Shown piece by piece: positions 23,355-35,573 of a DNA stretch of 47,674 bases. The notes under the pieces are model-generated. The model had not been told where the DNA came from. It worked only from the letters and a program-made list of their open reading frames with translations, and did no database searches. The stretch is from Craspedostauros australis (Eukaryota), in contig JALAGF010004655.1 of NCBI GenBank assembly GCA_030167865.1, positions 62,001 to 109,674 on the forward strand. The letters are read 5' to 3'. Within the stretch, counting starts at the first letter, position 1. The number at the start of each line of letters is the position of its first letter. The position numbers were made by a program, and so were the translations under genes.

Positions 23355-25475
23355 ATGACAACAAAGGAACCCGTATCTGTACCCGTCGAGAAGGTCAACG
23401 GCATGGAGGTCATCATGTCGAAGCCGGCAACAGAGAAGGCCAAGGGCAATGGAAATGGCAAAGGCGATCTGTTCGCAGAACGTGATGGCAAGACTTTGAC
23501 CTGGAGCAAGGTTAACATGACCCTTGCGTCCAACAAGGAAGGCGTCGAGGATCGCAAGCTCTTGGACTCTGTCTGGGGGGAAGTGCCAGCAAAGCAAACC
23601 ACCGCGATCATGGGCCCAAGGTATGTTTCGAACAACATACTCGTCGGAGCTTGAAAAAGAATCAATACCGACGCTGTTGTGCCGTCCATTCCTGCTTTTA
23701 TCGATGCGAGATCAATAGTTTCTTGTGGAAACGTTTTGTTTTATTTTGCCCCATGTCATCAGCGCATCTACTTCATCGCATCCCTGCCTGCTCACATATT
23801 GACCCCTCATACTTTCCGCACACCACGCAGCGGGGCCGGCAAGACATCGCTCTTGAACATCCTGGCTGGCCGTTCCACCACCCGAGGACGTATCACCATC
23901 TCCGCGGATGTGCGTTTGAACAACTACATCGTCGACCCGTCCGACATTCAAGTTCGCCAACAAATCGCGTTCGTGGCACAAGACGACTCTCTCCCACACA
24001 CCTCCACTCCTCGAGAGGCGTTGGCCTTTTCTGCGAGGCTCCGTCTCCCTCGCTCCACGACCGATGAAGACATCACGGACTTGACCGACCGCATGCTCGC
24101 CGAGCTCGGTCTCGAGGAGTGCGCTGACACAATCATTGGAGGTGCACTCATCAAGGGCATCAGCGGCGGCGAGCGCAAGCGCACTTCCGTCGGAGTGGAG
24201 CTGGTGACGAAGCCACCGCTGGTCTTCCTTGACGAACCAACCTCCGGCCTGGACAGCTTCTCCGCTGTTCAGCTCTGCGAGGTGCTGAAGAAGGTCGCTA
24301 ACTCCGGTGCCAGCGTCCTCTTCACAATCCACCAACCGTCCAGCGAGATCTTCAACTCCTTCGATCACCTTATCCTCATGAGCAAGGGACGCGTGATGTA
24401 TCAGGGATCCGTTCCGGACATTCCCGACTACTTTGCGGAGCGCAACCATCCGGTCCCGATGTACTACAATGCAGCGGATCACATCATGTCGGTTGCGCAG
24501 ATCAAGGACATCAAGATGCTAGAGGAGAATGGCTTCTTCCCGAAAGACAAGCGCGAGCTCCCCGAGCCACTCGATGGAATGAACGAGGCGGGGCGAGACG
24601 CACTGGGCTTGACCCAAAGATCCGAGATCCGCGATGGTGGCGAGTTTATCGACATGCGCCGTGTCTCCATCTGGATCCAATCCAAGCTTCTCTTCACACG
24701 AGAATTCATCGCGTTGAAGCGCGACATGGCTGCGATTGGGGTCCGTTTCGGCATCACCATCTTCCTCTCCGTCCTCATCGGAATCATCTTTTGGGATGTC
24801 GGCGGAAAAGATCCATCCTTGCAGCCAAACGTTCAAAGCCGCTGGGGCGCATTGATCACCATGCTCCTGATGGCAATGTTCGGAACCGCGGACGACGCCT
24901 TGCTCGAGTTCCCTGCGCAACGCCCCATCTTTCTGCGCGAATACTCCACCAACCATTACAACATCGTCCCCTACTTCCTCTCCCGCCTCTCCGTGGAGGC
25001 CTTCCTCACCTTCACGCAGATCTTGGTGATGTCCCTCATCTCGTACTACATGATCAACCTGCAAATGGCCTTCATCCCGTTCCTCTTCGTCAACTTTGTC
25101 CTGTCGATGGTGTCGGCGGCCTTGGCGGTTGCCCTGGGCGGTGCCGTGGACGAGGTCCAAACAGCCACGGAGATGCTCCCACTGCTGTTCGTCCCGCAGA
25201 TGCTGTTCGCAGGATTTTTCGTTGCCACCGATCTCATCCCATCCTGGCTGCGCTGGGCGCAGTACCTCTGCTCCCTCACGTACTCGCTGCGCATTGCCGT
25301 ATTGAAGGAATTCGACGACTGCGAGCCAGCCGAGAAGTGCCTCGACGTCATCGACAGCATGGATGCCGACGACGATGAGATCTGGTGGTACTGGCTCATC
25401 TTGTTGATGCTCTTCCTGGTGTTCCGCATTCTTGCCCTCGGCCTCTTGACCTACAAGTCCACGCAGTTCTACTGA
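23355..25475 (+). CDS. ABCG (white-type) half-size ABC transporter, 2 exons (23355-23620, 23831-25475)
   Basis: Walker A GPS|GAGKTS is split by a GTATGT..CAG intron (23621-23830). Signature ISGGERKR, Walker B VFLDEPTSGLD, H-loop TIHQP, C-terminal ABC2 TM domain. Confidence 0.95.
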
Positions 25476-25921
25476 TGGGCTGCATGCAATGCTCAATCCC
25501 AGGCATGATACGATCCATTATGCCGTGCATGATGCCATCCATGAAGCGCCAAGCCGGAATCAATATGACGACCGGGTTGTCACCAGGCATCTTCGTTGCT
25601 TCCATCAATGAAAAGTACCGAACTTACATATTACAAGGACATTACGCGCGACGAAGAAGATAGGGAGGCAACCTCCACATTCCAAGATAATAAGGCACAA
25701 AATCACACAAAACAACCAATACTTTGGTTTGGATAGATGTTCTATTGGTATCGACGTATGAGCCAGCTGAAGTTCATTTGCTTCGGATAGCTGTCTGTTG
25801 TTGTGCAGAGTAGCGCCGCTGCACCGTCCCGCGAAGAGCACCCGGAATGGTTGCGGAATAGAGATAGCATTGCCAATTCGAGAGCACGGATTCGAACTTT
25901 GATGTCATACTCTGTGGCAGT

Positions 25922-27142
25922 TTACTTCGTTCCGTGGAGTCCATCGAAAAGTCCTGTGTGCTGGGAGAGGAGATCGAAAAGCAAGTCAGGATTCGTCCGG
26001 AGATGGCATTTGTGGAGCGTTTGTGATAACAATTTGATGTTGCCATCGGTAGCCAATTGATTGAGCATACGCCAGGTTTTGTTCTGCCTCACCGCTGAGC
26101 TAATTTGACCTGGACAATGCCTCTCAACCGATTTCCGGGAACCTCGATCCAGGTAAAAAATCTCCAACTCCTCAATGGTTCCCGTTCGATTCGTCATATC
26201 GACGATGGCAGCAGTCTGTCCACAAATAGCGCTGAATGAGGTTGGTGAAACGACGAAAGTCAATGACTTCAGCGACGGGTTGGAGAGGAGCAACAGCAAG
26301 TAGTCCAGTTCTTGTCCGGAACTCAGGTTCAGCGAGAGAAAAATCTCTTGGATGTGGGAGGATTTTGACAGCGCCAAAACCACCGGGTTCATCCAAGTAT
26401 CAATGTTTCCATTCGGTGGTTGTGGTCGTGTGATGTGCACCTTGGTGAGGCGCAGTGGCAATTTGAAAACGTCTGTGGAAAGGTCTGGCGCTAGGGTGCA
26501 TACTGCCACTTGCGTCCTCGTACAATCGAATCCGAGGTACTCATGTTCGTTGTTGGCTCGCCGACAAATTGAAGACCGGATCGTCATCGTCGACGAAGCA
26601 GCGTGTCCATTCGAAGGCCTACATGAATAGTGTAGCGGCACCTGTTGATCACGACATACGACCGTCAAGAGGGCATCTGCCACTGAAGGGGAGGTCGAGA
26701 TTGTCTTGGTAGTCTCAAATGTCGTAAAGTGCAGAAGATTTCGTACGAGGTCGGCGTGCGCATCCGACATGTTCCAAATGGAGTCTCCTGTGAACACCTG
26801 AATATCGTCAACTTCGTAAAGCGCCCTACCTTCAAATTTTTTGGTGATTTCGTTGTAATTCTTTTGCACAAGACTGAGTGGACCAATCGTGACGAATCGA
26901 TGCTTGCAAATGAAGTTGCGTAGACTGCTCCAGAAGCATCGGTGTCGGATCAGTGTGACCCAGTCCTCTGGATTTAGATTCCATACGAACGGTGCCTCCA
27001 TGTCGGCCGGGGATAACTCTGAATCCTCCCATTGCACCCTCGATCTTCGGTGGCACTTTTTCAAAAGCTTGCATATGGTGGATACGTCTTGCACGGTGGT
27101 GCTGGGCACTGCCTTGCTGCTGTTTTCCTGTGCATCGGACAT
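25922..27142 (-). CDS. Hypothetical protein, possibly degenerate RNI-like/LRR type
   Basis: Long ORF; probable ATG (MSDAQENS) at 27142. LxxLxL-like segments (IQEIFLSL, LKSLTF, IEELEI) and a C-terminal NPDLLFDLLSQH helix of the kind seen in diatom RNI-like families. Confidence 0.55.
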   Translation of the reverse strand: MSDAQENSSKAVPSTTVQDVSTICKLLKKCHRRSRVQWEDSELSPADMEAPFVWNLNPEDWVTLIRHRCFWSSLRNFICKHRFVTIGPLSLVQKNYNEITKKFEGRALYEVDDIQVFTGDSIWNMSDAHADLVRNLLHFTTFETTKTISTSPSVADALLTVVCRDQQVPLHYSCRPSNGHAASSTMTIRSSICRRANNEHEYLGFDCTRTQVAVCTLAPDLSTDVFKLPLRLTKVHITRPQPPNGNIDTWMNPVVLALSKSSHIQEIFLSLNLSSGQELDYLLLLLSNPSLKSLTFVVSPTSFSAICGQTAAIVDMTNRTGTIEELEIFYLDRGSRKSVERHCPGQISSAVRQNKTWRMLNQLATDGNIKLLSQTLHKCHLRTNPDLLFDLLSQHTGLFDGLHGTK

Positions 27143-28274
27143 GATTGAAGATTCCAAGAAGGATTTTTTTATGAAATCCAACTGCGCATTGTTGAATATC
27201 TCGACGCTGCCGATCCCACCCGTCCCCGCAAATCGCACTGGTGAGGTTGATGGGCATGATGAAATGAAACAACGATCAATGGCATGAATCATTGTGCTCT
27301 CGAGCACTTGGGCATGTATTATATGCACTTGCGCTTCTAGAGTTACTCAACGTTCGTGTCCCACACCACGGAGTACGATCCGATACCCACGCACGAGTGA
27401 CGGAACTGCAGCAATGCGATTCCGAGACTGTGTGGTATAGTATAATAGTATGGCGGAACTGACGAATCCCATGGCATCCAGCAGCCATGCTCACATGCAC
27501 GGAGTCTTCGCTGATTGATTGGTTGGTTGGGTGGAGTTCCGCGGGATCCGTTGAACCCGGCAATGGCACACGAGTATGCAGGGGTGTGTGCCACGCGGGC
27601 AAGGAGGATATTTGATGCAACCAACGCACGGTCGAGCAACTCCGCGCGATCGTCGGCACCACCAACGCCGACACCGACGCAGACACCAACACCAAACACA
27701 GAGATCAGCCGGCATCATCGTGGATGCCTCAGCGTGGATTTCTTCGTTTTGGTGTTGACGTCTTCGCCATGTTTGGCGAACAACGCAAAGAGGCGAAACG
27801 AAGCAAATGGAAGAAAATTTGATCAGGCGAATGCGAGGTCTCTCGAGCTTCGTAGAGGTCGATCGACTCGTGTTGTGCCTTCTTCAGTAGGCACTGAGAT
27901 AGTTCCATAGTTCTTAGCATTCGCTCGAACTGAGCGTGACGAAACGACGTTGTGACGTCAAGGCATTCTCTCGAAATGTGACACTTCTTGGTGTGAAAAA
28001 GTGAGTTCTGGTCATGGCATTTTGTTTTTCCTGTGCACACAAGTGTGAAGTTTCCAAACCAGTAACAAGGAAGCGAGAACAGCAACCCAAGACCAACAAC
28101 CACGCTTGCAGAAGTGGCTCTTCATCCACTCCGCAACCGAACCTCTGCCTCGGTCATTCTGTGCGTATCTCTGTCTCACTCTACTCTCTGATTGACCATA
28201 ATCAAGAGGAACCTGAAAGGCAGAAAGCGTTAAAATACGAAGGAGAAGAGAGCAGCTTGTTCACAGAGTGGAAG

Positions 28275-29168
28275 ATGACTTCGTGGCCGTGGATGAAGGG
28301 TGTTGACGAGGGGCTGACCTCCAGTCCCATTGATCCCGTGACGAAGGACGACGTTCGACCGCTGGTGTCGGATCTGATCGCAGAGCACAGGGAGAAGATC
28401 GACAAGATCAAGGCGGAGGTCTCCATGGATCCGCTGTATGACGAGGACAAGCACGACGACCTGTGGCTGATGCGCTTCTGGATGTCCCACAAGAAGTCCA
28501 ACTTGGCCATCAAGGCAGCGAAGGCGACGCTGTTGCTGCGTTCAAAGCACAAGCTTGATGAGAAGGACGTCCGTTCGATTCCACCGCATAAATTGACGGA
28601 GGGGCCGGCAGGCACGTATTTCCAGATCAACAAGCATTCCCACCGTTACACGCTACCGGATCCCAAGCGCGGTGTGGTCGGATTCATATGCATTGCTACC
28701 ACCGACTACAGCAAGATGCTTGACAACCTCACGGCCGAGGATTGGGTAGCTCCGTACATGTACCTCTCTGAATGGACGCACCAATGGTGTGACTATGTCA
28801 CACGCACCACGGGCCGTTTGACGAAGACCATCCGTCTGCTTGATATCCGCAATGTCGGGCTGGGAACCATTCCACGCGAATGCATCAAGCGGGACGGCGA
28901 ATCCACGAAGATCATGGAGGATGCCTACCCGCAGATGCTTGAGACCCTCTTTCTGTGCTTTCCAGGCTCCATCTTCCACATACTGTGGGCGATCACCCGC
29001 CCGTTACTGCCCAAGCGTATCGTCCACAAGATGGACGTCATCGATCCAGTCAAGAACGACAAGGAGAGAACCCGGGCGCACGCGCACATGCAAGAGAAAC
29101 ACATCCCAAAGGAGTTCGGTGGTCCCAACAAGAGCTTCCTGGAGTGGGAGGACATCGTGGTGGCCTAA
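28275..29168 (+). CDS. CRAL-TRIO (Sec14-like) lipid-binding domain protein
   Basis: Motifs HDDLWLMRF, TRTTGRLTKTIRLLD, EDAYPQML...F..LW...RPLLPKR and IPKEFGG. Probable ATG at 28275. Confidence 0.85.
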   Translation: MTSWPWMKGVDEGLTSSPIDPVTKDDVRPLVSDLIAEHREKIDKIKAEVSMDPLYDEDKHDDLWLMRFWMSHKKSNLAIKAAKATLLLRSKHKLDEKDVRSIPPHKLTEGPAGTYFQINKHSHRYTLPDPKRGVVGFICIATTDYSKMLDNLTAEDWVAPYMYLSEWTHQWCDYVTRTTGRLTKTIRLLDIRNVGLGTIPRECIKRDGESTKIMEDAYPQMLETLFLCFPGSIFHILWAITRPLLPKRIVHKMDVIDPVKNDKERTRAHAHMQEKHIPKEFGGPNKSFLEWEDIVVA

Positions 29169-29999
29169 ACTGTGCTTTCGCGTCGGGAATTTTGGAACTG
29201 TAAAGGGCTTCGAGCACGATCAGCATGGCGACGACGGTCATCGCAATTGTGGCGACTGTATTGCATGCCTGACTGTGATGCTGACGATTGCACACCATAC
29301 TCGCACTATTATTCGTGCCACATTTCCAGTACAGCACCGCCGACGGACATCGCTTCTGGAAACGTTGGTACCACGTCCTGGAGTCTGCGCGACGCCAACG
29401 TGGAGAAATGAGATGGTCGCGTGGACAACAAACGTGTGGGGGATGAGTGCGTACGTGTGCGCCTACGAGCAGGAGGATGACCACGAGAATGACCGCAAAC
29501 CTAACACAGCACCAAAACACGTGCCGACCAAAGCGAATCGATCCGTGAGGTACAAGAAGAGCGACGAAAGTTCTCCTTGGTTATGAGCTTTACGGATGTT
29601 TCTGTCCGGAGATGCTGCACAAATTCACAACTCTCGGCCATGCACCCCAGATCAGATCGGCCTCTCCTCCGAGGGTACTCGTATTGACAACAACGACAAC
29701 GGCGACAAATGATCCCAAACTATCCGTTTGACGCCGGGGTCTTTGTGCATACAAGGGCGAGGTCCAATGTCTAGGTACACCACCAACGTGCAGCTCATCG
29801 CAACAGTAACAGCAACAGTAGCACTAACCATACGAGCACACAATACCACCGAAACTGCAACCTCCTCGACGACCCAGGCTCCGCCAATCTCATCGTACGG
29901 TATGGCACTACTCTATACGAGTACATTGGGCGACACAGAACTGCATATCGCACCCAACAGTGGACCACTGAGACGAATCTGCTGCTTCCTCCAGTGCGA

Positions 30000-32444
30000 T
30001 CAGCGCGTGCCTGGATCCAGCACCTTCTGAAACTCTTGTCTCTCGATGTCGTTCTTCTTGCTTGCGGCGGATTTGGTTCGAAATGCATGCGAGACTTTCT
30101 CTCTCGCTGCAGCCGGATTGGCCACCTCCCATGTGTTCTCGATGTCCTTGGTTCGTTTCAGGAATCGGCCGCCAGACTCCCTGATCATGTTGACGATCCT
30201 CTTGGATATCTCGTGCTTGTCAGAGTAGGAGCTGGCCTCGTGTTGTGGACGGAAATCATCCACGAGCTGCTGCAGCCGGGCATTGCCTGGGTGCTCCTGG
30301 AAGGGCTTGCCTCTGCCAAGGAGGACGTCTAGGCTTGTTGGCGGCTCCACTTCAACTGCTTGCCTTGTTTCAACCGAACCCCGTTGGATGGAGTGGGCGG
30401 TTGAGGCATGCGGTGTCCTCCTCGATGATTCTATTGGAGATGGGGGGAAAGGATGTTGCTGCCATTGGTTTTGTTGTGACTGGTGCTGCTGGTGCTGCTT
30501 CCAGCGGATTGGTAGTGCCTGGGATGGGACAGGCGGCAGTGATAATGGCCACGATGGCCATGCTGGTTCTGTTTGCTTGGTCGAGTTGTTGATGTCAGCA
30601 CATGTTGCCATCCCTGAATACACGGAGCCCTGGCCATGAAGCATCGAGCACGTGTATTTTCGGAATTCGGGATTGATTTTCACCTGCCCTGTCAGGTCGA
30701 CAGGGAGCTTGTCACGCGATATGCCGAACGACCCGAGGTAGGTGACCGCTCCTTCTGTATCCCCAACGAAGGTCTGCAATCTCATCCTTGTGTTGCGATG
30801 CATCGATACGCTGAGGTCATTGAGAATGTCTTCGATCCCAACCTGGTCGTAGCAAAAGTGCCGACAGACGTACCGAATTGGCAGGCAGGATGATATCGCT
30901 TCGATATGTTGCAGGTATTCTTGGATCAATGAAAGGTGCTCGATCTGGTGGTCGATGTGAACTGGATTGGCATGAATGTGATACAAGACGGCAACGATGC
31001 CCCTGATCTGTGTTTGACGATCTTCCAAGGCCTTCATGGCAAGGAACCACCACAGCTTGACACGGCTGTGGATGGCGGCATTGTGCTGTTCGGTTCCACT
31101 CATTCCATCACAACCAATACTCGCAGCTCTTTCACGTTTGATGTTGGCGTTGCCGGAAATGGTGGGAATGGTACCAGCATCACGTGTGCTGCCGGTAGTC
31201 GTAAAAGTCATGCCGGAGAATGAAGCATGGACATCTTGAGCACCTCCGACATTGGTGTGATTATATGTGCTCCTCTTCATGTTGGATCCGTGATCCCAAC
31301 GCTCATCGAGATGATCTTTGCCCATCATGCTGCTATCTGAACGCATGCCATTCGCATGCATAGCGGTACCACCATCAGAAGTAGTAGCAGCACCGTCACC
31401 AGCATCGATATGCCCGACTGTTGGCGCATCGACTGCTTGGGATTTATTTGCCGGCATGAGCTGATGGCACAGATAGGAGGCGACATCGATGAGCAGCGTG
31501 CGCCCCTGGTTATCTTTGATGCACGGTGCGAACTGTAGCGACCCTGAGTCAAGGAGCTCGATCTCAGCGGGGCCAAGAGCATTGTGCACAGTAAGCGGCC
31601 TCACAAGGCAGTCCAGCCCGAACAATCGGAGCTTATGCTCAAAGTAAGCAATGAACTTCTCTGTCGCGCGGAGAACCTCAAAGCGATTGGCTTGCAGGAA
31701 TAGCAGCCGCAGGTTGCGATCCAACGTGTACTTTGGAGACAGGAAGAGAGCGCGGTTGTACGCTGCCTTCGTCCGTTTCTTGGAAATCTCTGCGTCGATG
31801 AGGTTGAGGCAGAGATCCACAACTGACGAATCCTCTTCCTGCACCATCTGCGACACACCATGCATCTCATTCCGTAGCTGCGACCTCTCATCTTTCGGGA
31901 GGTTAGAGAGGTCTTTCGCGATGGACCGGGCCAGCAGACCGTCGGTGGCGCTCTGCGACGCCTGCCTTGCACGAGTACGAGTCCGAGTGCGCGGAGTTTG
32001 TGTTGGTGATGGCGACGGTGACAGTGATGCTTCAGGTGAGTGTCGAGGCGAGTGTCGAGGTGATTGCCGAGGTGAGCGACGGCTGGGAATGTGAAAGGGT
32101 ATACTTGATGATAGCTGCGGGGAGCGATGGGGTGATGGTGGAAGGTGTGACGTGGCTTGCGCAGTTGTAGTCTTGGAAGTCTCTGGCTCGCCTCGCAGCC
32201 CACTTCGTGTTGCTAAGAACATGCCGTTTTGGCGAGGCTGGGCATCGGCGTGGCCGGTACCATTCAGCTGTTTGTTGTTGGAGCCTCCGGTTGGCCGCAG
32301 GAACGATGGGCTGAGCTTCTCTGACAAATACCTGTCCCTGCTCTGCGCGAAGTTGGGGAACTTGTCTCTGTCGTTGCCACCGTTGTGGCCGTTGCTCTCA
32401 TTGCCGTTGCTGTTTCCGTCGTCGCTGGAAAGCGGGCGTTTCAT
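30000..32444 (-). CDS. DUF6824-domain protein with a CRAL-TRIO-like middle region, 814 aa
   Basis: C-terminal DVLLGRGKPFQEHPGN...GGRFLK...W.VA...AREKVSHAFR (DUF6824). Upstream ERSQLRNEMHGV...AYNRA...LRLLFL.A.RF...LP.R...HFCYD region is typical of this diatom family. Confidence 0.85.
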   Translation of the reverse strand: MKRPLSSDDGNSNGNESNGHNGGNDRDKFPNFAQSRDRYLSEKLSPSFLRPTGGSNNKQLNGTGHADAQPRQNGMFLATRSGLRGEPETSKTTTAQATSHLPPSPHRSPQLSSSIPFHIPSRRSPRQSPRHSPRHSPEASLSPSPSPTQTPRTRTRTRARQASQSATDGLLARSIAKDLSNLPKDERSQLRNEMHGVSQMVQEEDSSVVDLCLNLIDAEISKKRTKAAYNRALFLSPKYTLDRNLRLLFLQANRFEVLRATEKFIAYFEHKLRLFGLDCLVRPLTVHNALGPAEIELLDSGSLQFAPCIKDNQGRTLLIDVASYLCHQLMPANKSQAVDAPTVGHIDAGDGAATTSDGGTAMHANGMRSDSSMMGKDHLDERWDHGSNMKRSTYNHTNVGGAQDVHASFSGMTFTTTGSTRDAGTIPTISGNANIKRERAASIGCDGMSGTEQHNAAIHSRVKLWWFLAMKALEDRQTQIRGIVAVLYHIHANPVHIDHQIEHLSLIQEYLQHIEAISSCLPIRYVCRHFCYDQVGIEDILNDLSVSMHRNTRMRLQTFVGDTEGAVTYLGSFGISRDKLPVDLTGQVKINPEFRKYTCSMLHGQGSVYSGMATCADINNSTKQTEPAWPSWPLSLPPVPSQALPIRWKQHQQHQSQQNQWQQHPFPPSPIESSRRTPHASTAHSIQRGSVETRQAVEVEPPTSLDVLLGRGKPFQEHPGNARLQQLVDDFRPQHEASSYSDKHEISKRIVNMIRESGGRFLKRTKDIENTWEVANPAAAREKVSHAFRTKSAASKKNDIERQEFQKVLDPGTR

Positions 32445-32514
32445 ATCGCTTCAGGGTTTGGGCCGCTGCTGTGGTTGATGTACTTGCTGATGCTGCTATT
32501 GATGCTGTCGATGA

Positions 32515-32552
32515 TGTTGATGGTGTTGATGGTGTTGATGGTGTTGATGGTG
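32515..32552. repeat. 9-bp tandem repeat (TGTTGATGG)n in the 5' region of the DUF6824 gene
   Basis: About 4 copies read directly; boundaries approximate. Confidence 0.7.
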
Positions 32553-33991
32553 TGTGGTAGTTGGTGCCTGTGCAGTTGCTGATTTGGCGTATTGTGGTGC
32601 TGTCTCCTTGTGTTGTCGTTATCGATGCTGTTCTGTCTCGAGTCGTAGTTACTGCGGGATCGTGCTGGTGTGTCTGCTCTTGTCCTTCTCGTTATTGTCT
32701 GTTCGTGTTGCGGTCGTTGGAGTTGCCCTTGCTTGTTGGTTGTGTTGCGCCATACTATGAGCGATGCCAGTAGAGTCGAGTACAAGTATTTGTGGATGTG
32801 CTTTGTGGAGAAAAATGATGATTGATGTCATGACAGCTCGGCTGTTTTTGTTGGTTGGAACCGAGACGTGAGGGCTCTCTCGGAGACTTCCGACGAAAGC
32901 AGAAGCTCGCATGGTGCACAAGTACGTGCGAATGGACGTCAGTTGATTGGGAAGCCTGAAGGAGCAACAAAAGTTATTCAAACTGGAGACAGGTTGATGT
33001 CACGTTTCCCCCAGCTTTGCGTGCGAGAGTCCACTTGCAAGCAGAAGACAAAGCTGTCGGACAACGGTCCAAGCCGAGCCAATCCCAAAGACGGAGATGA
33101 TTCCGTCTGGATGGCCGACGATGGACAAATAGCACCACCGCATTCATCACAAGTCGAGCCTTTGGGCGAGCGCTCCTGTGTGTGGGTTCGGAGATTGGTG
33201 GCTCCTGTCGCACGAGCGGCGCAAATGCAACGAAAGGAACGGATGCCATGGCTCTCCCGAAGGCCATTCCAATCGTGATCATGCACTTTCTTCGGACGCA
33301 TGGAACACGATCCCAGGCATGCTCTCTGCCACTATCACGATCAAATCAGGACTTCTCATTTGTGCAACACAGTGGCCTTGTGCGACCCGCAGAGACGCCA
33401 ACACAACCAATGAAATTGGTATTCGTCGGAATGGGTATTCCGCAGCAACATGAAGCGGCACACCCAAGGAGAAGCGCGGCAAGCCGAAGAACTCAGGGTT
33501 CTCATTCGTGCCGTCGGTGAGGGATACGATGTATTTGCCAACATCTCGAATCGATGAAAGGGATTTGCCTTCACTTGTGTACGAGTACAAGTACATCACG
33601 TGCTCAACTGTCATGGTCGAGACTTGTATGTGGTCTTTCCCGATTGCCCCATGAGGTGGATCGGCATTTCGCTTGACGTTGGTCGGAATGAGAACTGGCA
33701 AGGCGGACCTGTGGTTCCGGTCGGTTCCTTGTCGCATCATTGGTGCCTCCGGTGAGGGCATCGGGAATCGTGGCGCTTGTACTTGTTTTAGTACGTTACT
33801 CCATGGTGCTGTTTTCAAGGCCCAAGACATTTGTGCACTACGACGGCGTGAGGTGTTGGGCAACGAACCCAAGCCAGATGGAGGCTCGCGCTCGTGTGGC
33901 ACGAGTAAGTGGTATGCATAATCCTGTGTATTAATCGCCATGGATCCCGGCGCTCCATGCAAGCCTCGGGCAGGGTTGTCTCATGTGCTTC

Positions 33992-34014
33992 CTCTCTCTC
34001 TCTCTCTCTCTCTC
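33992..34014. repeat. (CT)n microsatellite
   Basis: ctctctctctctctctctctctc read directly. Confidence 0.9.
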
Positions 34015-35573
34015 GTTGTATCTCTCTGTATCTCCGGAGAGAGCAGGGAAAAGCATAATACAAGATTCGACATCCGAGCCGCTTCACTCGAAACGACATT
34101 GGACATCGAAAATTGTGGCCTGGTGCCATGCTGCTAGTACACTCGAGAGACCTGTTGCTGGTAGTGGCGTATCGGCAGAGTGCGATGTAGTATTGAGTTG
34201 AAAGGGTGGCGGAGACGAGAAGAGAAGCGCAGGATGGCACCAATACATATTATACTCTACATCACTGCACAACACAACACGTCTGGATGACTCTAACTTG
34301 AGGGGAGTGACGTCTACGTGCCACTGCAGTCCGCGGCATGACGCGAGGTGTGCATCGTGATGGTGCTGCCATGCTGACTGGCAAGATGTTGCGCTGCTCG
34401 AAATGCCACAAGTGGGCACAACATCTTGGTTTTAGTTGTGCGTATCATGACTTGTGCTCCTGTAGGGCAGCGCATCTGAAGCGATGTGGTATGCACAGCT
34501 ATTCCTTGGTTCTCGTTCAGGTTGTTTGCACTTATCGTCGGCAGGCGGGAGTGGTGGGCCGCGAGTCCGCCTTCACCAGAATATGGTGCGTCACGCGTTT
34601 GTGCACCAACCAGATCCATGCAACGAAGCGGTTTCATCAAAATCGCCTCCTCTTTCCTCCCAACTGACGTTCTCTGAGTGTTGTCGCTGTCTCTCTCCAT
34701 TAAGTGTTGACCGTGAAGTACAGTGCGTCACATCATCAGGAGTGACAAGTTTTCCTCACTTGTCTTATCAGGGTTCTGGTTGCTTCTGTTTGTCTGCTCA
34801 GATTGCCTTGTTTGGTTTCTCCGCAGGCCTTTCCTCTCCACGAACGTGTCAACAAAAGGCGAACACAACCGTTGCGACGACTGTGTGATCAGACAAGAAA
34901 GAGAACTCTGTCCAAGACAACCACGAGCTGCAAGGTGCGGGTTGTGGGTCACGGAGGCCCAATTTTTTGGCGCGAGACATCACAAAATGATGGCTAAGCG
35001 CCTCTCGCAGACTCCATTTAGTCGTGGATAAATCAGGACTGGTTTGTTGATTGGCCCATTCGACTCACGTGATGGTGTCATGATGTTCGACACAACCGAC
35101 CACAAAAACGAATCACGAATGGTGTCACTCTTGGCATTCCCGATTCAACCAGACATCAGCACACGTCAGCCCCACACACGAGGGCTTCTCTTGGTAAACC
35201 GTGCAAAATCGAAACCCATCATTGGTTGCAGGGCGATCATGCTGGTGGTGGAGTTCTCGGATGTGAGAGCATCCGCACTCTCATACTCTGTGGGTATTGC
35301 CTTCGCCTTCATCGATACTTTGAGTGCAGAGCATTGTGCAAACCTACCCAGTGGCACACCTTCCACAATCGGCGATCGGTCCTTCCCGTGAGACATCAAT
35401 TGCCTCGCTGCGCTGTGTTGCGCTGATCACTACTACTGCTCCACTCCACTCCACTCTGCTCTACACTTCATCCTCGAATTTCAAGTGAAGAAGTCAGCAA
35501 GAACAGCAATACCCGATTCAATCGCCGCAGGTCCTGGTGCTTCGCTTTGCTGCCATCGTCACATAGCACCAAG

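Noticed and set aside
22649-23485. 278-aa ORF upstream of ABCG
   Set aside because: TTG start, no motifs, and it overlaps ABCG exon 1 out of frame; probably promoter/UTR.
27953-27960. TGACGTCA bZIP/aureochrome-type site between divergent genes
   Set aside because: A single 8-mer is expected by chance about once in a window this size; no supporting evidence.
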